Assembly: GCA_001778495.1 (NCBI GenBank)
Contig: MFHE01000007.1
Location: 3,996-67,995, forward strand
DNA: 64,000 nt
DNA from: Candidatus Giovannonibacteria bacterium RIFCSPHIGHO2_01_FULL_45_24
GTDB taxonomy: Bacteria > Patescibacteriota > Minisyncoccia > UBA11713 > 2-01-FULL-45-33
Reading direction: 5' to 3'
The position numbers were made by a program, and so were the translations under genes. The notes beneath the pieces were generated by a model. It made no database searches. It was not told where the DNA came from and saw only the letters and a list, made by a program, of their open reading frames with translations. Below, piece after piece: positions 1 to 9,701 of the stretch (the first letter of the stretch is position 1; each line of letters starts with the position of its first letter).

Positions 1-50
1 GACCTATTCCCGGAAGCTTTTCAAATAATTTTCGAAGCTGGGCTAGATAA

Positions 51-1403
51 TCAGAATTCACTGGTTTCTATGGAGGTAAAACTGGCTTTTTCCTGGTTGA
101 AATATAGCGTGACTTCACCGGTCGGGCCGTTTCTGTGCTTGGCGATAATGATGTCGGCCTGATTTTTTCTGTCCGAATTTTCTTTCACCTTGTCCTCACG
201 GTAAATAAAAGCGACAACGTCCGCGTCCTGCTCAATCGCGCCGGATTCGCGGAGGTCCGAAAGCTGGGGTTTTTTATTCGGTCGGGCTTCCACGGCGCGG
301 CTAAGCTGGGAAATCGCCAAAACCGGCACCTTGAGCTCCCTCGCCAAGGCCTTGAGCGAGCGCGAAATTTCCGTGATTTGCTGGACCATGCTGTCGGATT
401 GGATTCTGGGCACCATAAGCTGGAGGTAGTCCACAATCAAAAGCCCTAGCCCTTTTTCTGCCTGCAATCTTCTTGCTTTTGCCCGCATTTGTAAAATATT
501 AATCGCAACTTCATCGTCAATATAAAGTGGCGCAGAGTTTAATCTCCCCATTGCATCGCGAATCATTTCAAACTCGTCCTCCGAAGAAAGCCGGCCAGTC
601 CGCAAATCCCATAAATTCACGTGCGCTTCGGCCGCAATCAACCTGTCCACCAGTTGCTCTTTTGACATCTCCAAAGAAAAAATACCTACGGGAATGCCTT
701 CTTCAAGCGCCACGTGCCTGGCGATATCCATCGCCAAAGCGGTTTTGCCCAAAGACGGGCGGGCAGCCAAAACTATGAAATCGGAGCGCTGAAGGCCGGA
801 GAGCTTGTTATCCAGCACTTTAAATCCGGTGGGCACTCCGCGCAGAAGCCCTCCGGTTTTATGAATCTTGTCTATTCTTTCCCACGCCTCTTCCAAAGCT
901 CCCGCTACCGGCTCAAAGCCCTTGACTAAAGATTTTTGGGAAATTGCAAAAATGCGCTTTTCCGCTTCGTCCATCAAAAGATTCACGTCTTCGCTTTCCT
1001 GATAGCCCATTTGCGAAATCTCGTGGGAAACGGAAATTAGGTCGCGCAGAATCTTCTTTTTTCTCACGATTTCTGCGTAATAAACGGCGTTGGACGCAGT
1101 CGGGACGCTGTTTACAAGCGTTGTAAGATAGCTGTTGCCGCCGATCTCTTCCAATCTGCCCTCCGCCTTCACAAAATCGCCCACAGTAAGCACGTCTATC
1201 GGGCTTCTTTTTTGAAAAAGCGAAATCGCGGCGTCAAAAATTATCTGATGCTCTTTTTTATAAAAATCTTCATGGCTTACGATGTCGGCAACGCGGTCAA
1301 TCGTGCCGCCATCCAGCAAAATTGAGCCCAAAAGCGAGATTTCCGCATCCAAACTCTGCGGGGGCATGCGCGAAACGCTGAAAGGTGAAAATACCTGCGC
1401 CAT
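51..1403 (-). CDS. dnaB: Replicative DNA helicase DnaB
   Basis: 450 aa. N-terminal PPQSLDAEISLLGSILLD motif, Walker A ARPSLGKTALAMDIA, and C-terminal RecA-like core (IVDYLQLM, SQLSR). Confidence 0.95.
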   Translation of the reverse strand: MAQVFSPFSVSRMPPQSLDAEISLLGSILLDGGTIDRVADIVSHEDFYKKEHQIIFDAAISLFQKRSPIDVLTVGDFVKAEGRLEEIGGNSYLTTLVNSVPTASNAVYYAEIVRKKKILRDLISVSHEISQMGYQESEDVNLLMDEAEKRIFAISQKSLVKGFEPVAGALEEAWERIDKIHKTGGLLRGVPTGFKVLDNKLSGLQRSDFIVLAARPSLGKTALAMDIARHVALEEGIPVGIFSLEMSKEQLVDRLIAAEAHVNLWDLRTGRLSSEDEFEMIRDAMGRLNSAPLYIDDEVAINILQMRAKARRLQAEKGLGLLIVDYLQLMVPRIQSDSMVQQITEISRSLKALARELKVPVLAISQLSRAVEARPNKKPQLSDLRESGAIEQDADVVAFIYREDKVKENSDRKNQADIIIAKHRNGPTGEVTLYFNQEKASFTSIETSEF

Positions 1404-1481
1404 TACTTACAGTTTAAATATTTAAATATTTAAATGCAATAGCCGCGGAGTGAATCAAATGTGAAAAAGCTGTGAATCTTG

Positions 1482-2837
1482 TCAGACGAGGCGTGAATCT
1501 TGCCCGGTATCGTTGACTTGCCACCCCATTTTCTTAAGCTTTTCGCGGATTTTATCCGCTTTCTTAAAATCGCCCAATTTTCTGGCTCCTTCGCGTTCTT
1601 TTAGCAATTTCAGAATTCCCGGCGGCGGATGCTTCTGGCTTACACCCGCCAATCCAAGCCCCAAAACCCTGTCAAAATCATAGAAAAGTTCTAAAACTGC
1701 GCGGGCGGCAAATTTTTCCTTATTTTTATAATATTCATTCATCACGGCATGCACCACGGCAAGCGCCTTCGGGGTGTTTAGGTCGTTAAAGATGGCTTTT
1801 TGGAAAGTTAAAACTTTGCCTCGCGGGAAAAAACCGGGTTTTTGAGCAGATTTAAAACCCGGTTTTGAGGAGCGGGGCAAAGTTTTGAGCGTCCTTACAA
1901 ATTCATAAAGCCGTTCCAATGAATGCTCCGCCGCCCGTAGCGACTCCCATGTAAAATTCAACTGCGAGCGGTAATGAGCGGAGAGCATAAGATACCGGAG
2001 GGCTAAGGGATTAAAACCGCGTCGCTCCAAATCCCGCAAAGTAAAAATATTGCCGAGCGATTTTGACATTTTTTTGCCATTAACCAAAAGATGCTCGCCC
2101 TCAACAAAGTATTTTACGAATTTTTTACCCGTTGCGCCCTCTGACTGCGCGACTTCGTTTTCGTGGTGCGGGAAAAGCAAATCAACCCCGCCTGCGTGGA
2201 TGTCAAAGCCAGCACCCAAGTATTTCATAGACATCGCCGAGCATTCCAGATGCCATCCCGGGCGGCCGGGGCCGAACGGCGACTTCCAAGAAGGCTCGCT
2301 CTTTTTGGCGCGCTTCCAAATAGCAAAATTTTTTCTATTGCCCGGCTTCGGGTTCGCTAGCCGGCCATAAGATTTGAATTTTGAAATATCAAAATAAATT
2401 CCGTCTTTCGCGAAGTAAGCAATTTTTTTTTGGAGCAGCCGCTTCGCTATTTTAACCATCTCCGGAATATGCCCAGACGCTTCAGGATATTTCCAAGCCG
2501 GCAAAATATTTATTTTTTTAACATCGCCGAAAAACGCCGTTTTATATGGCGCGGAAAAATCGTCGATGTTTTTTTTGGCCGAGCGCGCGCCGGCGATTAT
2601 TTTATCGTCTATGTCCGTAATATTCATCACATGTTTTACTCTATATCCGGCGTATTCCAGAGTCCGGCGCAAAATATCCTCAAAAATATAAGTGCGCAGA
2701 TTCCCGATGTGCGCGTAGTTGTAAACCGTCGGCCCGCAGGCGTAAAAACCGACCCGCCCCCTTTTTATAGGCCTGAAAACCTCCTTTCTACGTCTTAGAA
2801 AATTGTAAATTTTCAGCACACTCTTAGAGTTTGCCAT
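1482..2837 (-). CDS. cysS: Cysteinyl-tRNA synthetase
   Basis: 451 aa. Class I signatures: CGPTVYNYAHIGNLRTY (HIGH-type) and KMSKSLGN (KMSKS). Confidence 0.95.
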   Translation of the reverse strand: MANSKSVLKIYNFLRRRKEVFRPIKRGRVGFYACGPTVYNYAHIGNLRTYIFEDILRRTLEYAGYRVKHVMNITDIDDKIIAGARSAKKNIDDFSAPYKTAFFGDVKKINILPAWKYPEASGHIPEMVKIAKRLLQKKIAYFAKDGIYFDISKFKSYGRLANPKPGNRKNFAIWKRAKKSEPSWKSPFGPGRPGWHLECSAMSMKYLGAGFDIHAGGVDLLFPHHENEVAQSEGATGKKFVKYFVEGEHLLVNGKKMSKSLGNIFTLRDLERRGFNPLALRYLMLSAHYRSQLNFTWESLRAAEHSLERLYEFVRTLKTLPRSSKPGFKSAQKPGFFPRGKVLTFQKAIFNDLNTPKALAVVHAVMNEYYKNKEKFAARAVLELFYDFDRVLGLGLAGVSQKHPPPGILKLLKEREGARKLGDFKKADKIREKLKKMGWQVNDTGQDSRLV

Positions 2838-3489
2838 CAGCTAAAATTAATGCTTTGCTGTACAGTTGTCTATTGTGAGTATTAAATTCGTATTTAACGT
2901 CCACTAAAAGTTTTTCTATGTTGAGTATTTTCCAACTTTTACACTTAAATACATTTTTTTTACCTATCTTGCCCGCAATGTATATTTCATATGAAATAAT
3001 AAGGTGGTGAGCATCTTTTGTAACTTTAAAATCTTCAGATGGTGAGAGATAAAAAGATCGTTGAGTAGTATTAATGTTTTGTATATTAAAAGTTTTACAT
3101 TCTAAATAACTAGTCCTATTGAATTTATCTATAAATTCTATATCCGGGTAACCCATTGTTTTTTTCTGTTTGCTTTTTATGGTTCGCGGTGTATATGCCT
3201 CATAACCGATAGATAATAATGCTTTTTTAACGAACGGCTCTACGTCGTTCCCAACTTCATTGGGCCTAGCCCGCATTATGCCGGTTTTATTGATTTGTAT
3301 TCCTGCTATTTTTGCTACCCTTTTTAAATCCTTCAGAAGTATTACGTCTTTTTTATCGTTTTTATTAAAAGGTAAAATTTTTTTACCGGATATATTTTCT
3401 ATAACAAGATTAAAAGGTATACCTTTTAATGGAAATAGCATTTGTTTTATAACGTTTTCTAAATTTTTTGTATAACTAAGATTATTCAT
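2824..3489 (-). CDS. Putative type II restriction endonuclease (PD-(D/E)XK fold)
   Basis: 221 aa. Candidate catalytic motif GYPDIEF...SYLECK (PD...ExK). Lies 1 nt downstream of a DNA methyltransferase gene. AT-rich. Confidence 0.6.
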   Translation of the reverse strand: MNNLSYTKNLENVIKQMLFPLKGIPFNLVIENISGKKILPFNKNDKKDVILLKDLKRVAKIAGIQINKTGIMRARPNEVGNDVEPFVKKALLSIGYEAYTPRTIKSKQKKTMGYPDIEFIDKFNRTSYLECKTFNIQNINTTQRSFYLSPSEDFKVTKDAHHLIISYEIYIAGKIGKKNVFKCKSWKILNIEKLLVDVKYEFNTHNRQLYSKALILADGKL

Positions 3490-4870
3490 ATTATTTTTTA
3501 TAAAAAATTACAACGCGATTTGTATTAGTGCCTCTAATATTATTTTTTATCCCCCATATATTCGATGTCTTTGTAAAAGTTTGCATATTGACCAAAATAC
3601 CCACGCATTCAAATCCAGCTGCCAGCCCCATTGGTATAACATGCTCTTCCAAATTTATCGTGCCGCTCCTAACTTCTCCTACCTCAAAGGCCACCCATCC
3701 TCCTTTTTTTACAACTCTAAATAACTCATCGAATACCGCCCGCATAACATTAATCCACGTATTTATGTTCCTACACATTGTGATATTTTTAGAAATCTGC
3801 TTATCATTAATACCATTAAACCAACACCTCAACCAATTATCTTGAGAGTAATTGACTACATCTAAAAACGGCGGCGAAGTGACAACTAACTGCACAGAAT
3901 TATTATAAATTTCCGGAGTTCGCCTTGCGTCTTGTGTTAAAAATAATGCACTATTGCCCGCGCGCCTTAAGACCTCTTTTTCTTCTGCATCTATATTTCT
4001 AAGCAGATTAGAAGTCTTTTCTAAAATAATTTGTTTCATATTTCTATATTCTGGTTTTTGTTCTCTTTTTATATTTATTTTAACTTGATTTGCAGGAGAA
4101 ACAGCCTGATTCGGTGGTAATGTATATACTGAAAAAAAACCTTTAGAATGACCTGTTAATCTATTTGTAGCAATCATGCGAATCCACAAATCAAATTTAT
4201 CTTCTAATTTTTTATGTTGCCTGCCTAATAGATAATTCCTCAAAGACAAAATTTCTGATTCTGTTTTGGGGTGATAAAACATCGATAAATCTATATCCGC
4301 ATTAATATTATAAGCCAAAGGAATAATGTCTAATCTGTTTACAATTTCTCCTACAGTAGGAATAAAAAAACGTGGATACGCCAAAACCTTACTTAGAGGA
4401 TTTATATCATTTGATGCCACTTGTCTATCTAATAAACCAGCTTCTATTGCGGTAGTGCCTCTACCGCCGAATGGATCATAAACTAGATCGCCTTTTTTGC
4501 TTAATAGTTCAATAAAAAAGCGCGGTAATTGTGGTTTAAAGCAAGCTCGGTAAGAAATTTCATGTAATGAAGATGCCTGTCGCTGTTTTGCAGTCCAAAA
4601 CTCATTTATATACTTTGCATACTTTCTCCCACCTACATCATAGAAATTAAGCAACGTTTCGCTTCCCGCAGCGAGAGCTGAAAAGAGATTAAAATTTTCT
4701 TCAAATTGAAATTTTCTTAAATAAGTCTTTAATTTAAGTGGTGCTTTAATAAGCGCTAGCATCATATATATATCAATTCTGCCAAAAGCGTTTAAAAAAT
4801 CAAGTGAAGGATAATGCACATAATTAAAACATTTAGAGCATATTGTAATATAAATATTTTTTTGCGATAA
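2838..4870. other. AT-rich island carrying a two-gene restriction-modification system
   Basis: By eye the base composition drops sharply to AT-rich between the cysS start and the ctp-like gene. The island contains only the REase and MTase ORFs. Confidence 0.55.
3491..4819 (-). CDS. N4-cytosine/N6-adenine DNA methyltransferase
   Basis: 442 aa. AdoMet-binding region KPQLPRFFIELLSKKGDLVYDPFGGRGTTAIEA, and catalytic tetrapeptide TSPPF about 190 aa further downstream. Confidence 0.8.
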   Translation of the reverse strand: MHYPSLDFLNAFGRIDIYMMLALIKAPLKLKTYLRKFQFEENFNLFSALAAGSETLLNFYDVGGRKYAKYINEFWTAKQRQASSLHEISYRACFKPQLPRFFIELLSKKGDLVYDPFGGRGTTAIEAGLLDRQVASNDINPLSKVLAYPRFFIPTVGEIVNRLDIIPLAYNINADIDLSMFYHPKTESEILSLRNYLLGRQHKKLEDKFDLWIRMIATNRLTGHSKGFFSVYTLPPNQAVSPANQVKINIKREQKPEYRNMKQIILEKTSNLLRNIDAEEKEVLRRAGNSALFLTQDARRTPEIYNNSVQLVVTSPPFLDVVNYSQDNWLRCWFNGINDKQISKNITMCRNINTWINVMRAVFDELFRVVKKGGWVAFEVGEVRSGTINLEEHVIPMGLAAGFECVGILVNMQTFTKTSNIWGIKNNIRGTNTNRVVIFYKK

Positions 4871-4879
4871 TAACCAAAT

Positions 4880-6136
4880 ATGGACATAAAAAAACGCCTC
4901 GGCTTTGCGCTCATCGCGGCGGTGGTTTTGGCCTCAATATTCGCGCTTGGGTTTTATCTTGGCGTAAAAACCCCCGCGGAGGGTAAAATTTCTGGAATTT
5001 TAAACACAGCACCCCAAATAGGCACCGATAGAGAAGAAGTTGACTTTTCGGAATTTTGGCACGCCTGGAACATCGCGGAGGGAAAATTCGTGGACATAGA
5101 CAAGGTTAAAAGAAAAGAGATGGTTTACGGCGCGATAGCGGGAATGATTAAATCCTTGGGCGACCCATATACAGTATTTTTCAATCCGGAAGAAAATAAA
5201 ATTTTTAAAAGCGACATAAAAGGCGAATTTGAGGGCGTGGGAATGGAAATTGCCATAAGACGAGAAATCTTGGTAGTCGTGGCGCCGTTAAAAAGCACGC
5301 CTGCAGAGAAGGCCGGCATCAAGGCGGGGGACAAAATTCTTAAAATAGACGACCGCATCACCTCCGACATCAGCGTTGAAAAAGCGGTACGGCTTATCCG
5401 CGGCCCGAAAAGCACTAAAGTGAAACTGACTATTTTGAGAAACGGAGAAGACGAAAGCCGCATCATAGAAATTACGCGCGACGTGATTAAAATACCAGTG
5501 GTGGATACGGAAAGCAAAATCGCCGGCGGTGAGGGCGGCGAGGGAGAAAAAGATTTGGGGGACATTTTCGTAATCAAGCTTTATAATTTCTCTGAAAATT
5601 CTCCAGGAAAATTCAGAGACGCTCTCCGGGAGATGATTGAAAAAGGCCGCACCAAACTCATTATAGATTTGCGCAATAACCCCGGGGGTTATCTGGAAGC
5701 GGCCGTAGATATGGCCAGCTGGTTTTTGCCGCAAGGAGAAACAGTTGTGCAGGAGGACTTCGGGAGCAAATCCAAAAGAGTAATCCACCGGAGCAGAGGG
5801 TATTACGCCTTTAAAAATATCCCGATGGTCATATTGGTAAACCAGGGTTCGGCTTCGGCTTCTGAAATTTTGGCGGGGGCGCTCCGCGACCACGGCGTCG
5901 CGAAACTGATTGGCGAGCGGACGTTCGGGAAAGCTTCCGTTCAAGAGTTGGTTCCGCTTACCGCGAATACCTCTCTGAAAGTCACCATAGCCAAATGGCT
6001 CACGCCGAAAAGCCAATCTATCTCCGAGGGAGGGCTTACGCCGGACATTGAAGTTAAAACAGCCAAAGAAGACACGAATACCGGAAGAGACCATGTTATG
6101 GAACGCGCGGTAGATATTTTAAACAACTGGAAATGA
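4880..6136 (+). CDS. C-terminal processing peptidase (S41 family, PDZ-containing)
   Basis: 418 aa. N-terminal TM anchor, a PDZ-like segment (PAEKAGIKAGDKILKID), and S41 motifs NNPGGYL and GSASASEI. Confidence 0.85.
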   Translation: MDIKKRLGFALIAAVVLASIFALGFYLGVKTPAEGKISGILNTAPQIGTDREEVDFSEFWHAWNIAEGKFVDIDKVKRKEMVYGAIAGMIKSLGDPYTVFFNPEENKIFKSDIKGEFEGVGMEIAIRREILVVVAPLKSTPAEKAGIKAGDKILKIDDRITSDISVEKAVRLIRGPKSTKVKLTILRNGEDESRIIEITRDVIKIPVVDTESKIAGGEGGEGEKDLGDIFVIKLYNFSENSPGKFRDALREMIEKGRTKLIIDLRNNPGGYLEAAVDMASWFLPQGETVVQEDFGSKSKRVIHRSRGYYAFKNIPMVILVNQGSASASEILAGALRDHGVAKLIGERTFGKASVQELVPLTANTSLKVTIAKWLTPKSQSISEGGLTPDIEVKTAKEDTNTGRDHVMERAVDILNNWK

Positions 6137-6609
6137 AAATCATACTGCTCAAAGACGTTGTTAAACTTGGCCAAAAAGGGGACATAAAAGACGTCTCCGA
6201 CGGATATGCGCGGAATTTTTTGATTTTGCGGAATCTCGCCGCGCCGGCAACAGAGGAAAATATAAAAAAAACGGAGGCGGAGGCAAAAAGCAAAAAAACG
6301 CAAAGAGAGCACGACAACAAGGAATTCCATGCTTTAAAAACCGCCATTGCGGAGTCCCGCCTGCCGGACGGGCAAGAGGGGATAGCGGTCAGAAAAAAGT
6401 CCTACAAAAATGGGAAATTGTATGCCGCCGTCTCCGCAAAAGAAATCTTAGACGCGCTGAAAGCATTAGGTTTCCCTATGCCGGCGAATTTAAATGAGGA
6501 GATGGTGAAAATTGAAGAGCCGATCAAAACAACCGGCAAGCACAACGCCAGAATCGTGCTAGGGAAAGAGGAAATCAAACTACAGATACTTTGTGAATCC
6601 GCTTCCTAG
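6133..6609 (+). CDS. rplI: Ribosomal protein L9
   Basis: N-terminus MKIILLKDVVKLGQKGDIKDVSDGYARNFLI is the canonical L9 signature. Confidence 0.9.
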   Translation: MKIILLKDVVKLGQKGDIKDVSDGYARNFLILRNLAAPATEENIKKTEAEAKSKKTQREHDNKEFHALKTAIAESRLPDGQEGIAVRKKSYKNGKLYAAVSAKEILDALKALGFPMPANLNEEMVKIEEPIKTTGKHNARIVLGKEEIKLQILCESAS

Positions 6610-6847
6610 ATCCGTCAAACCTTGTTTTTCTTTTTGTTTCAAATTTAACAATTCCTTCCGCCACCGCGTAAATCGTGTCGTCTTTGCCGATTTTGGCCCC
6701 CGCTCCGGGGATGAATTTGGTGCCGCGCTGGCGCACCAAAATCGCGCCGGGCTTGGCTTTTTCTCCGGCGTATAGCTTTATTCCTAAATATTTTGGTTGG
6801 GAGTCCCTATTATTCTGCGTAGAACCTCCCGCCTTTGTATGCGCCAT
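6575..6847 (-). CDS. rpmA: Ribosomal protein L27
   Basis: MAHTKAGGSTQNNRDSQPKYLGIK...ILVRQRGTKF is the canonical L27 sequence. Confidence 0.95.
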   Translation of the reverse strand: MAHTKAGGSTQNNRDSQPKYLGIKLYAGEKAKPGAILVRQRGTKFIPGAGAKIGKDDTIYAVAEGIVKFETKRKTRFDGSRKRIHKVSVV

Positions 6848-6848
6848 A

Positions 6849-8036
6849 TTAAGGAAGTTTAGCTGGTTTTAATGAAGAAGTCAAGACAATGAATTCTTTT
6901 GACAAAACGCGCTGGTCGGAGATTTGCTGGCGGATGGGAGAGGGAAGTTCTTTTAAAATGATTTTAAGCTTGGCTTCGTCCGCATCTAAAATAGCTTCCC
7001 ACTTGTCCGCCAGGCCGTTTGCGAATAAAATCTCGCGCACTTTGTCAAAATCGTATTTAAATCTCTGCTGGAGTTTTTTTGAAACAAAGTAGCCACGGTC
7101 GTCAAAAACGCGGTCAATCCTCTGGGCATCCATATAGGTCTTTATAATCTCTTGTAATTCTTTAACGCGTGCCGCGTTTTTATTGTCCGTTTCTTTAATA
7201 GCGAAATATTCTTTAAGCGCATCTTGCAATGCGGCTTCATCTGGAACAGGAAGTTCTGTTTTTGTATATAAATGCTTCCAAGCCGGGCAAATCGGCTTAT
7301 AGGGGCACCAGTCGCAAAGCGCGGAGACAACAGTGGGGAAATTATTTTGCGCCTGGCTTTGACTGATTTGTCTAATCGTTTTTAAAACAGAATTTCTTGT
7401 AGCGGACAGGTCATCGGCGGTTCTTTTGGAAGATATCTTTTCGTCGTGTTTTAAAAAATAAAGCGAGAGCTTGATTTTATCCGGAGAAATGCTTGGCCAT
7501 CTGCGCGTAAGCGCCATGTGGTAGAGCGACATTTGTAAATTCTGATCGGCCGCCTCCTGCGAGGGGAGCTTTCTATTTGTTTTATAATCTATAATTTCGT
7601 ATTCCCCGTCGCCGATTTTATCAATCCGGTCTATGATGCCGGCCAAAATATGCGCTTCCTGGGTCTCCGCGTCCGGCAGTAAAACCTCAAAGCGCGATTC
7701 TGTATCCACGACGGAAAAATTCCACGGCGGGTTTGATTTAAAAAACGTTTTGAGCATCTTCCGCCCGCTTTCGTCGTAGATTTGCGCGAGTTCTGATGCC
7801 AAAGCTTTGGACGCTTTAGTTGCGGCGCTTTTCCAATTCTCGGAAAAATTAACCAAAACCTCGTCTAGGGTGGGGAACAGGGGGTCGCGCGAAAACATAA
7901 ATTTAAGCGCCCCATGCACGGAACTTCCGAAAAGCGCCTCCGGCGACTTCGGCGCCTTTATTTTGTCTATGATTTGAAATTTAAACTTTTGCGGGCATTG
8001 CTGATATGTCGCCAGCGCCGAGTAAGAAGTGCGCAT
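6849..8036 (-). CDS. PD-(D/E)XK nuclease with Cas4/AddB-type Cys cluster
   Basis: 395 aa. N-terminal SYSALATYQQCPQKFKF, nuclease motifs IIDRID and EIIDYKT, and C-terminal CDWCPYKPIC (4-Cys Fe-S pattern together with the QQC). Confidence 0.75.
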   Translation of the reverse strand: MRTSYSALATYQQCPQKFKFQIIDKIKAPKSPEALFGSSVHGALKFMFSRDPLFPTLDEVLVNFSENWKSAATKASKALASELAQIYDESGRKMLKTFFKSNPPWNFSVVDTESRFEVLLPDAETQEAHILAGIIDRIDKIGDGEYEIIDYKTNRKLPSQEAADQNLQMSLYHMALTRRWPSISPDKIKLSLYFLKHDEKISSKRTADDLSATRNSVLKTIRQISQSQAQNNFPTVVSALCDWCPYKPICPAWKHLYTKTELPVPDEAALQDALKEYFAIKETDNKNAARVKELQEIIKTYMDAQRIDRVFDDRGYFVSKKLQQRFKYDFDKVREILFANGLADKWEAILDADEAKLKIILKELPSPIRQQISDQRVLSKEFIVLTSSLKPAKLP

Positions 8037-8113
8037 GAGGGGAGTATAGCAAAAACTGCGGTTTTACTCTATAACAACAAGGTTCGCACAAGATGCCTTT
8101 TGCGACCCTTAGC

Positions 8114-8401
8114 TTATGGGTTTGTCGGGGTAAAAGGATTTATACCATTTTGAAAGCCCTTCATCGTATCCAAAAACGGTTGCCAAAAAATGCTGACCCA
8201 GATATTCCAAAAATAATTAAAGACTGCAGAAAGATAATTATCCCAAAGTATCCCCAACCACCGCCCCAAAAAACCAAAGTTCTCCCGAAGAACCGGGTTG
8301 GAAAAAAGTGAGTTTAAGGAGACTCCCAAAAGACTTAGTATTACCACCAAAAGCACCGCTATGACTATTATTTGCACAAAACCTTGCTTTTGCTTTTGCA
8401 T
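8114..8401 (-). CDS. Small hypothetical membrane protein
   Basis: 95 aa with an N-terminal hydrophobic helix (FVQIIVIAVLLVVILSLLGV). No recognisable family. Confidence 0.4.
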   Translation of the reverse strand: MQKQKQGFVQIIVIAVLLVVILSLLGVSLNSLFSNPVLRENFGFLGRWLGILWDNYLSAVFNYFWNIWVSIFWQPFLDTMKGFQNGINPFTPTNP

Positions 8402-8424
8402 CTTATTTCAATCTTTTTTAATCC

Positions 8425-9669
8425 TTATAAATAATTTGCCGGATCAAGGTACCCTCCATACGGTAAAACCCCGCAGATCCTGCTTTTTCTCAACTGCACT
8501 GTGCGCGAGTCGTAAACCGTAAAATGAAGGTGCGGGCCCGTGGTGTAACCGGTGTTTCCGCTATATCCAATTATATCGCCTTTTTGCACTTCTTGTCTAG
8601 CTCCGACCCTGACCAAAGAAAGGTGCGCATAGAGAGTCGCCAGCTTGTTGGGGTGTTCCATTAAAACCCATTTGCCATACGATCCTCTGGAGCAAATGTA
8701 ATCGGTATTGCCGGTTGCCTTGACTACGCCGCTCTCGGCGGCGCGCACCGGTGTGCCGACAGCCGCCCTGAAATCTATTCCATTGTGCCCGTTGCCGCCA
8801 TAAACATCGGTATATTTGGAAAACGACGTACGGCCGAATTCTTGGGTGATTACTCCTCCATCAATCGGGTTTAAAAGAATTCCGCTGCTGAAAGTCGGCA
8901 AAGAGCCGAAATCTATCTGTTTTTTTAGCTCGTTTTCTATTTGTTTTATCTCCTCGTAAATTTCGGCGCGGCGCCTTTCTCGGTCTTTAAGCAATTTTTG
9001 GTAAAGCGTTTCCTGATTTTTCGTTGCGGCAAGTAAATTATTTTTTTCCGCCTTTGCGTCTTTTTGGATTTCGCGCTGCGTCAGAAGCTCGTTCTGAAGA
9101 TTTTTTAAATCCCGCCGAGCCGCCTCTGCCTTCTGTTTGCGGTCTTCCAAGCTAAGCTTCAGCGTTTTTAATTCCTCATAATTCTCGTGTATGCTTTCAT
9201 TTAAAGATTTTATACGCTCAAGCTCGTCAAAAAAATCCGACATTGTGTCATATTTCAAAAGCGCGGCCAAAATTCCCTCGCTCTCTCTTGCGTTTAACCC
9301 CTCCAATATCTTGGCAAGCGCCACTTGGCGGTTTTTTATGGACGCCGAGGTGTCAGTGATGTTTTTGCCTAACTCTTTTATTTCCAGCTCTTTTTTTGAG
9401 ATGCGCTTCTCTGTAAGTGAGATTTGCGCGTTTAATTTTTTAACCTCGTTATCCAGCCGTTTTATCTCGCCTTTGAGGGTATTAGTGGTTGATTCTGCTT
9501 CTTCTATGCTTTCCTGATACCGCTTAATCTCCGTCTCCAATTGCTGGATTTCCTTGTTTTTTTGCTCAATCTGGTTTTTTAAATCATTTTCATCCGCAGC
9601 AAAAACCGGCGCTATAAAAACCAGCGCCAAAAGCGCCGCCACCCCAATGGTTTTAAAAATTAGTCTCAC
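8425..9669 (-). CDS. M23 family metallopeptidase with N-terminal coiled coil (EnvC-like)
   Basis: 414 aa. Signal/TM segment, a long heptad-rich region, and M23 motifs HNGIDF and GPHLHFTV. Confidence 0.85.
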   Translation of the reverse strand: MRLIFKTIGVAALLALVFIAPVFAADENDLKNQIEQKNKEIQQLETEIKRYQESIEEAESTTNTLKGEIKRLDNEVKKLNAQISLTEKRISKKELEIKELGKNITDTSASIKNRQVALAKILEGLNARESEGILAALLKYDTMSDFFDELERIKSLNESIHENYEELKTLKLSLEDRKQKAEAARRDLKNLQNELLTQREIQKDAKAEKNNLLAATKNQETLYQKLLKDRERRRAEIYEEIKQIENELKKQIDFGSLPTFSSGILLNPIDGGVITQEFGRTSFSKYTDVYGGNGHNGIDFRAAVGTPVRAAESGVVKATGNTDYICSRGSYGKWVLMEHPNKLATLYAHLSLVRVGARQEVQKGDIIGYSGNTGYTTGPHLHFTVYDSRTVQLRKSRICGVLPYGGYLDPANYL

Positions 9670-9701
9670 AACCTTATTTTACCCCGTTAGAAACAATATT
9701 T

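Noticed and set aside
6575-6609. A 35-nt convergent overlap of the rplI and rpmA 3' ends.
   Set aside because: It is most likely a compact-genome feature or a slightly extended L9 tail. There is no evidence of function.
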